From an uncultured Thermoplasmatales archaeon (GTDB lineage Archaea; Thermoplasmatota; E2; DHVEG-1): 52,748 nucleotides of DNA. The position numbers were made by a program, and so were the translations under genes. The stretch covers positions 1 to 52,748 of the forward strand of contig CAYOTP010000003.1 of the NCBI GenBank assembly GCA_964406955.1, given 5' to 3'. Of the stretch, positions 46,423 to 52,748 are shown piece by piece (position 1 is the stretch's first letter; every line of letters begins with the position of its first letter). The notes beneath the pieces are model-generated. The model saw nothing but the letters and a program-made list of their open reading frames with translations, was not told the DNA's origin and made no database searches.

Positions 46423-47058
46423 TTAGTCTTTCCAAAGTATTTTTTCTCGGACAAGTTCACATTTTAAGATCATATCCACATTCATTACAGGCATCGATCG
46501 AATTGGTCCAAACGTGTCATCATAGAGTAGGATGATTGAATCATCTGAAAGGCCCGAGACTTGATCCCTAATGCCTTTAAGGAAGAAATAGAACTCTCGT
46601 AATTCTTCATTTGATGGAAGGGTGAAGTTGATAAATTGCGATAAAGAATCAATGATGAAAATATTTGGATTTACCCGTTGAATATTATCTAGAATGATCT
46701 GCCTTAAAGATTCAAGATTCGATGGCGGTTTTAGATAGACACAATGACTTGTGTTTTCAATATTACCTAAAAAAAGTGAGACACAGTCTATTACGTGGAA
46801 TTCTTTGTTGGGCATTGGTTTTTTCTTCAATATCGCATTAATGTTGGAATAACTATTAATCAATGAAAAATAAAGTACATCTAATTTTTTTGTTGGTTTG
46901 ATCTGATTTAGAAAATCGATGATCTGATCAAATTCCGCAGAATTATGAATGAGGAGTACCAACCCATGAAGATTACCGAAAAGTTCGTCTTTTTCTTCGC
47001 GGATTCGTTTCCAATAATTAGTTCCAACAATTTCAGTTTTTCTCTGCAATATTATCAC
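46423..47058 (-). CDS. RecA/KaiC-fold-like protein lacking a Walker A P-loop (DUF835-like), paralog A
   Basis: LVLLIHNSAEF, VLYFSL, KPPSNLESL and IFIIDSLSQFINFT are shared with paralog B. There is no GK[ST]. Confidence 0.5.
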   Translation of the reverse strand: MIILQRKTEIVGTNYWKRIREEKDELFGNLHGLVLLIHNSAEFDQIIDFLNQIKPTKKLDVLYFSLINSYSNINAILKKKPMPNKEFHVIDCVSLFLGNIENTSHCVYLKPPSNLESLRQIILDNIQRVNPNIFIIDSLSQFINFTLPSNEELREFYFFLKGIRDQVSGLSDDSIILLYDDTFGPIRSMPVMNVDMILKCELVREKILWKD

Positions 47059-47106
47059 ATTTATCGCTTTATATCACTCAAATGATCTCGTTGTCTTCAT
47101 CATTTT

Positions 47107-47487
47107 TCAAAGCAAAGAGGCTTGTCGTTTAACCGCATCAATCAAGTCCTCGAAATCAAAGGGTTTGGTAATATAATCAACAACATTACCCATTTCCAAA
47201 ATCTTATCTTTTTCTTCATCTGAAAAACGAACAACTGTTAGCAAGATAATCTTTGGGCTTATTTGCAGCTGATTGAGCTGTTCTAGAATTTCTTTTGTAG
47301 TCAAACCGGGCATCATCACATCCAATGTAACAATATCTGGATTAAACCGTTCAACATGATCTATAAAATCTTGTCCATCTTCTGCAGTTTGTGTTTCATA
47401 CCCTTCTTTTTCCATCATGAGATGAATCATATGCCTCAGATCTGGTTCATCGTCAACAATCATCACTTTTTTTCTCATTGCCATCAA
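47107..47487 (-). CDS. stand-alone CheY-like receiver (response regulator without output domain)
   Basis: VMIVDDEPD, phospho-acceptor context IVTLDVMMPG, LLT and KPF motifs. About 125 aa. Confidence 0.85.
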   Translation of the reverse strand: MMAMRKKVMIVDDEPDLRHMIHLMMEKEGYETQTAEDGQDFIDHVERFNPDIVTLDVMMPGLTTKEILEQLNQLQISPKIILLTVVRFSDEEKDKILEMGNVVDYITKPFDFEDLIDAVKRQASLL

Positions 47488-47542
47488 TCCTTTTTCCTTA
47501 TTGTTTCAATACTTTTTCTAAATATGGTTTTTATGATTTTCA

Positions 47543-50500
47543 TCATATTACGGTCTGGTTTGCACTATCTAACTTGAAGACATCGATTTTTTTGAATCTT
47601 TCTTCCAGACTTTCAACTGATTTTCTGGGTAATGTAAATGTGAACGTGGTTCCTTCTCCAGGTACACCTTCACTTTCCAACCAAATAGATCCGCCATGGG
47701 CAATAACAATCCCTCTAGATATCGCCAGCCCAAGTCCTGCACCTCCGAATTTTCTATCCATCCCCGAATCAACCTGGTAAAACGTTTCAAAGACGTGCTC
47801 TTGTTTGTCTTTAGGTATACCCCTTCCTTGATCCTTTACTTGTATGACAATATCATCATCTTTAATAAAACCTTTAATTGTAATCTGGGTTTTTTCTTCA
47901 GAAAATTTTACAGCATTATTAATCAGATTCATGAGAACTTGTTTTATTCTCTCCTTGTCAATATCTAAATTGGGTAGTGTATCGTAGAGTTCTATATTCA
48001 AATCTATGTTTTTTTCCTTTGCTGCTGAATACATCGTTTCCTTAATGTCACCAAGCAGGTCAGCAATATCTGTATTTTCAGGTATGAACTTCAAAGTACC
48101 TGATTCAAGCCGGGAAATATCTAAAATATCTTGGATGAGAGTATCTAATCTATTGATGTTTCGTAACATAACTTCAAGTGCTTTTTGCTGTTCTTCATTA
48201 ACTTTTCCAAGGGTGTCATTACTCATCATCTGAGCGTACCCTTTAATCGAAGACATTGGTGTTCGTAACTCATGGGAGGTTACATTTAAGAAATTCGATT
48301 TTAACTCATCAAGCTTCTGTAGTTTTACGTTTTGCTTTCTGATTTTTTCCTCTGAATGATATAGTTTTTCGTTTGATAGTTCCAATGCTGCTGTTTTTTC
48401 TTGAAGTAATGCAACGTAATCCTCTGTTTCTTCCCGAGTATCAAGTAATTCCTGATTTATTTCCTGTAATTCATCCTGGTTCAATCGTATCTGGGTAACA
48501 TCATTATAGGATAGAATGATACCTTGAGTTGATCTGTCGATACCGCAATATTGAGATGCAGTAATGACATATATCGAATACGATCCGTCCTTATGTTTCA
48601 GTTTTTCTTCGAATTCAAAGCTTTCTTTTTGTTGTAATTCTTTTTTAATTGGGCATCCTTTTTTGAAGCATTGTGTATTACAATAGGGTAATTGGAGAAC
48701 CTCGGAACATTTTTTACCAAGAGCTTTAGGTTTATACACATCAAAAAGATCTGCATACGTATCATTGATACGAAGTATTCGGAAATTTTCATCGAGTACC
48801 ACCATAGCTGTTGACCGGTTATTGAAAATCTGATCAAGTTCAGCTAATGTTTTTTCCATGTCATCAGTTAAATATTCCAATCGTTTTGTGGTAACCTGTA
48901 ATTCTTTATTTTTTTCAAGGATTTTTTGTTCATCTGCTTTTCGTTTCGATATATCTCGAACTATTCCTTGTACGATACGTTTATTTTCATCTATGATCCT
49001 AGAACTGATCTCCACATCGATTAATGTTAGATCCCTACGTTGAACTTTCGAATCGAATCTGACATTTCCTTGTTTTTTAATTTCTTCAAATGCTTTCTTT
49101 GAATCTTCCAACGCATAATCGGGATGGATCTGAGCAATAGACATTTTTTGCAATCGGTCCTTTGGGTAGTCTAGGAGTTGACATGTTTTTTCATTCACAT
49201 CAATTATATTTCCATCTAAATCATGAATAATAACGGCATCATTGGACTCCTCAAACAACAATCGGTATTTTCTTTCATTTTCTTTTAATAAATCTTCAGC
49301 GTTTTTTCTATCTGTAATTTCATAGACAATACCTTCTAAATGGGTGGCATTGCCCTGGTCATCTCTACGAATTATTGTTTTGTCTTCAATCCAGTGTACA
49401 ATCCCATTCTTTGATCGAATCCTATACTGTTGGGAAAACTCTGAACGTGTTGTATCGGCTAAATAATTACGAACCTCCTCTCCCACTCTACAAAGATCTT
49501 CTTCGTAAATCAAATCACTATAATTAACCAATCCTGACAGTAAATCATCCTTTGTATAACCAAAGATTTTTTCTACATTATCTGAAACGAAATCAACTGG
49601 CCATCCTTCTTCGTTTATCCAAACAAATGATACTAACGGGGATCGAGTAAGAATTTCATTGACCCTATGGATCGTTTCTTCCATTTCCTTTTGATGGGTG
49701 ATATCAAAAATAAAGCCATCAAGCCATTGAAATCGTCCTGATTCATCAAAAACGCCCCTGCCGCGTTCAAACACCCATCGTATCGTTCCTTCTTTATCAA
49801 TGATCCGATATTTTATTTTATAGGGTTCATTTATAGAAATCGCTTGTTCAATGGCCTCATCAACTATCTTTTTATCATCGGGATAAATAAGACTTGCATA
49901 ACTTCTAATTGAATTATGAATAAAATCAGTAGTTGGATACCCTGAGATACGTTCAATTTCCTCACTAATGTATTCCATTGTATATGTTTCATCATTTGCA
50001 CAACGATAAAACACTCCAGGACTATTGGAAAGTATACTTCGAAATTTTTCTTCATTTTCCTTTAAAGAACGTTCAATTTTCTTTTTTTCAGTGATATCAA
50101 GAACGATAGAAAACGCTATGTAATCCTGGGAACTATCATCAAAGAGAACTTTAGTTGAGACATCCGCATAAAGGATCTGACCTTCCTTTCTAATGAATCG
50201 TTTCTCTATTCTATATGCTGAGCAAACACGCGACCGTATTTTATCTACATAGGCCAAATCCGTTTTGAAATCCTCAGGATGAGTGATCAATTTTAGCATT
50301 TCAATCGTTGACATTGATTCCAATTCTTTTTTTGTATATCCCAACATATCAGCAAAGGTCTGGTTTATCAAACTGGGTTGATGAAGATTGATCATAATGA
50401 CTGTACCAAGTGCATTATTTTCGAAAAATGACCTGAATTTCATCTCATTTTGTTTTAATTTTTGTTCAGCGGCTTTACGATAAGATATGTCACGGGCAAC

Positions 50501-50911
50501 AGAAAGGATTATTTTTTCGTTCCCTGATTCGATCAGTCTTGCGTTAATTTCAACAGGTATCCTTTTGCCATTCTTAGTGACATAAACAGAATCAAAGCAA
50601 ACATTACCAACTAGGTTCAATATTTTTACTTTTTCAAATTCGTTGGCTTTCCAATCCGTTTCATCAACTTCAACGATATTTTTCCCTAAAAGTTCCTCTT
50701 TTGAATAATCAAGACATTCATATCCGATCTTATTTGATTCAAGAATTCTTCCATCTGAATCGATAACATAGATTGCATCCTGGATTCCTTCAAATAATTG
50801 GTGAAATGTTAACCTTGTTCTTCTGATGGTTTCTTTTGAATGTTCTTTTCGTTTAACGCCTGAAAGTGTTTTGTTTTTTTCTCTCAAGCGTAATTCTTCA
50901 ACGATGTTCAT
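47543..50911 (-). CDS. multi-PAS sensor histidine kinase
   Basis: 1122 aa with about six PAS/PAC-like repeats (recurrent ...RDISxRK / DITxxK boundaries), a coiled linker, H-box SHELRTPMSSI, N-box LINNAVKF, and G boxes DQGRGI and GGAGLGLAI. Confidence 0.9.
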   Translation of the reverse strand: MNIVEELRLREKNKTLSGVKRKEHSKETIRRTRLTFHQLFEGIQDAIYVIDSDGRILESNKIGYECLDYSKEELLGKNIVEVDETDWKANEFEKVKILNLVGNVCFDSVYVTKNGKRIPVEINARLIESGNEKIILSVARDISYRKAAEQKLKQNEMKFRSFFENNALGTVIMINLHQPSLINQTFADMLGYTKKELESMSTIEMLKLITHPEDFKTDLAYVDKIRSRVCSAYRIEKRFIRKEGQILYADVSTKVLFDDSSQDYIAFSIVLDITEKKKIERSLKENEEKFRSILSNSPGVFYRCANDETYTMEYISEEIERISGYPTTDFIHNSIRSYASLIYPDDKKIVDEAIEQAISINEPYKIKYRIIDKEGTIRWVFERGRGVFDESGRFQWLDGFIFDITHQKEMEETIHRVNEILTRSPLVSFVWINEEGWPVDFVSDNVEKIFGYTKDDLLSGLVNYSDLIYEEDLCRVGEEVRNYLADTTRSEFSQQYRIRSKNGIVHWIEDKTIIRRDDQGNATHLEGIVYEITDRKNAEDLLKENERKYRLLFEESNDAVIIHDLDGNIIDVNEKTCQLLDYPKDRLQKMSIAQIHPDYALEDSKKAFEEIKKQGNVRFDSKVQRRDLTLIDVEISSRIIDENKRIVQGIVRDISKRKADEQKILEKNKELQVTTKRLEYLTDDMEKTLAELDQIFNNRSTAMVVLDENFRILRINDTYADLFDVYKPKALGKKCSEVLQLPYCNTQCFKKGCPIKKELQQKESFEFEEKLKHKDGSYSIYVITASQYCGIDRSTQGIILSYNDVTQIRLNQDELQEINQELLDTREETEDYVALLQEKTAALELSNEKLYHSEEKIRKQNVKLQKLDELKSNFLNVTSHELRTPMSSIKGYAQMMSNDTLGKVNEEQQKALEVMLRNINRLDTLIQDILDISRLESGTLKFIPENTDIADLLGDIKETMYSAAKEKNIDLNIELYDTLPNLDIDKERIKQVLMNLINNAVKFSEEKTQITIKGFIKDDDIVIQVKDQGRGIPKDKQEHVFETFYQVDSGMDRKFGGAGLGLAISRGIVIAHGGSIWLESEGVPGEGTTFTFTLPRKSVESLEERFKKIDVFKLDSANQTVI

Positions 50912-51079
50912 CCAGATGCCCTTCCTATCAATTCACTAAGAAAATTTATGTTATAAGGTAAATTAGAATAAAAGGAGAAAATATGTTTATCTCTAGTATT
51001 TTTTCTTTTCATCCCATCATCAAAGTAACAAAATACTATAACATTATAATAAGATTTTGTTTAAAAACCAACGTAATCC

Positions 51080-51457
51080 TCACTCATAAACAAAATATGA
51101 ATTTATTTTTTTTACAATTTCGTCATTTTTAAAGGGTTTCGTAAAATAATCTGCGATATATTTCATTTCATCAGGTTTTTCAAGAGGGTAGTTCTTTGCA
51201 GTTAGAACAGATATTACCACATTTTTGTCTAAACCTTTTTTCACTATTTCATTAATCGTTTCCCATCCATCCATATTAGGCATCATCAAATCCATCAAGA
51301 TAACACCTTCAAAACGCTCACGTTCCAAAAAGGTCAAACAGTCTTCACCGGAATTAGCGGCAAATACCTCAAAACCTGCATCTTCAAAAACAGATCGGGC
51401 AGTAACAATAACAAAAGGATTATCATCTACAATAAGAATCTTCTTTTTTGCAACCAT
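51080..51457 (-). CDS. stand-alone CheY-like receiver (response regulator without output domain)
   Basis: ILIVDDNP, VILMDLMMPNMDG, VLTA and KPF motifs. 125 aa. Confidence 0.85.
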   Translation of the reverse strand: MVAKKKILIVDDNPFVIVTARSVFEDAGFEVFAANSGEDCLTFLERERFEGVILMDLMMPNMDGWETINEIVKKGLDKNVVISVLTAKNYPLEKPDEMKYIADYFTKPFKNDEIVKKINSYFVYE

Positions 51458-51565
51458 TTCCCACTCACCATACTATTCTAGTGATTGAAAACTTTTTTTC
51501 AAACTGCTATTTTGAACATATATCATTATTTTTTATTTAAAGGTGCGTACGAATCGTACGTTTCA

Positions 51566-52579
51566 TCAAAAAACGTGAAGTTGTTCCTTTTTTCCTTCAG
51601 GGAGTGAAAAATATAGAGTCATTCCCTTCCCATCGCCCATGCTAAACGCCCAAATACGTCCGCCGTGCTTCGTTACAATTGTCTTACACATCGTTAATCC
51701 AAGACCACTTGAAGTCATATCATGGCGGCTGTCATCTGCCTTATAGAATTCATCAAAGATGGTATCAACTTCTGATTTTGATAAACCTGAACCTGTATCC
51801 TGAAAGGAAACTGTGATCATGCCTCCTGTTTTCTCAGCAAAAACAGTGATCTCTCCTTTTTTATCTGTAAACTTAATCGAATTTGAGAAAAACTGGGAGA
51901 ACAGTTCAATCAATCGTGACTCGTCAGCTCTTACTATAACATCATCATTGATCTCATTGTGGACCGTGATATGTTTCTCAGAAAGCTTTGAAGTAAACAA
52001 TGAAATCACATTGTCAACAACGGTTTGTAGGTAGATATCTCTCATGTCATAATCAGTGCCAAATGCTTTTATATTAGCATATTTCAAAATCTTATCCACG
52101 TGCTGTTGGATTTGCTCTGCATTGATAATTGCTGCATCGAGAAGTTCTTTACTTTGCGAGTCATTGATTTTCTTTTTGATTAGGGGTAACACACCCAATA
52201 AGGGCGTTAAAGGTGTTTTTAGATCATGACCGATTTGTATCATGAAATCATCTTTCTGCTGTTTCAACCGTTGAATCTCCTTTTCCTTTAGCCGAAGTCT
52301 TTCATCAACTTCCTGTTCAGCAGTGGTATCGGCAAGAACAAGTAGTTTTTTCTTTCCTTCGTTAACAATGAACTGGCAGCCGACCGCTTGAATCCATAGT
52401 TTTTTATTCTCTTCAACTGAATAAATGATCTCTTGGCTTCCCCCTTGAAGTGAAACCTGTTTTATTAGTGGGTTTTGTAGGATCTCTATTAATTGATTTG
52501 GCGAATATACTCCAGAAAAATTCAATAGCAGTACTGATTCATTATCTATCGTTACCCAGTTACACTGTTCCTCTACCAT
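51566..52579 (-). CDS. sensor histidine kinase (cytoplasmic, one PAS-like N-domain)
   Basis: H-box IGHDLKTPLTPL, N-box FSNSIKFT, and G boxes DTGSGL and SSGLGLTM. No TM segment. Confidence 0.85.
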   Translation of the reverse strand: MVEEQCNWVTIDNESVLLLNFSGVYSPNQLIEILQNPLIKQVSLQGGSQEIIYSVEENKKLWIQAVGCQFIVNEGKKKLLVLADTTAEQEVDERLRLKEKEIQRLKQQKDDFMIQIGHDLKTPLTPLLGVLPLIKKKINDSQSKELLDAAIINAEQIQQHVDKILKYANIKAFGTDYDMRDIYLQTVVDNVISLFTSKLSEKHITVHNEINDDVIVRADESRLIELFSQFFSNSIKFTDKKGEITVFAEKTGGMITVSFQDTGSGLSKSEVDTIFDEFYKADDSRHDMTSSGLGLTMCKTIVTKHGGRIWAFSMGDGKGMTLYFSLPEGKKEQLHVF

Positions 52580-52600
52580 ATGATGTCAACCAGATTATAC

Positions 52601-52616
52601 ATTCCTTTTAAGGAAT
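52601..52616. promoter_or_regulatory. perfect palindrome ATTCCTT-TT-AAGGAAT upstream of the first kinase gene
   Basis: 16-bp 7-2-7 palindrome, 22-37 nt upstream of ATG 52579 (minus), flanked by AT-rich TATA-like sequence. Confidence 0.3.
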
Positions 52617-52748
52617 ATATCATTTAAACTCATATAAACATTAACCAAAAAAAGAAGTCCTATGGAAAAGTGACTATGTTTCTTTTACAAAATATAATGT
52701 TATTTTAATTCTTCGAATAGACTGATGATTGATGCAGGGGAAGGGATT

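Noticed and set aside
1-52748. Searched by eye for CRISPR arrays, long direct or terminal inverted repeats, transposases, integrases, rRNA, and tRNA-adjacent integration scars
   Set aside because: None were found. The only tRNA (Val) has no adjacent integrase or duplicated 3' half, and no repeat-spacer periodicity is visible in any intergenic region.

Overview
This is a densely coded, low-GC archaeal chromosomal segment of about 50 genes with one tRNA. I found no rRNA, CRISPR array, transposase or integrase. Archaeal identity rests on TATA-binding proteins, aRF1, tRNA-splicing endonuclease EndA, archease, a Dph6-like diphthamide ATP-binding protein, two-subunit pyruvate carboxylase, AT-rich TATA-like boxes about 25-35 nt upstream of starts, and a tRNA without encoded CCA. 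Housekeeping genes (eno, serA-like, aRF1, a beta-CASP RNase, MTAP, panE, a stomatin/NfeD pair) are interleaved with accessory-looking modules.

Accessory modules:
- Nickel island (1130-5178): hypA, an Mrp-type hypB, larE-larB-larC1 and nikR. The window holds no LarA, no hydrogenase and no LarC C-terminal domain.
- MarR-MATE unit with twin 16-bp palindromic operators.
- B12-like radical SAM gene with a Trp-rich small protein.
- PqqD-like gene translationally coupled to an OPT transporter.
- Many exported or membrane proteases: C25-like plus beta-helix, S16 Lon-like, C69-like, M56 BlaR1-like and NfeD.
- Tandem TBP genes, one of them strongly divergent.
- BlaI/BlaR1-type module (34546-39020), divergent from an odd purine/pyrimidine-tract leader and an exported S16 protease, with twin GTTAC-N5-GTAAC palindromes.
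- Minus-strand signalling cluster of about 7 kb (45760-52579): two histidine kinases, two output-less receivers and a tandem pair of RecA/KaiC-fold proteins that have lost the P-loop.

My best candidates for an undescribed system are the signalling cluster with the P-loop-less pair, and the BlaI/BlaR1, leader and S16 protease unit. All family assignments are from motifs read by eye. No searches were run. The lineage cannot be fixed from the sequence alone. The protease-rich, peptide-importing gene content is compatible with sediment archaea such as Thermoprofundales, Bathyarchaeia or Asgard groups, but that is inference only.
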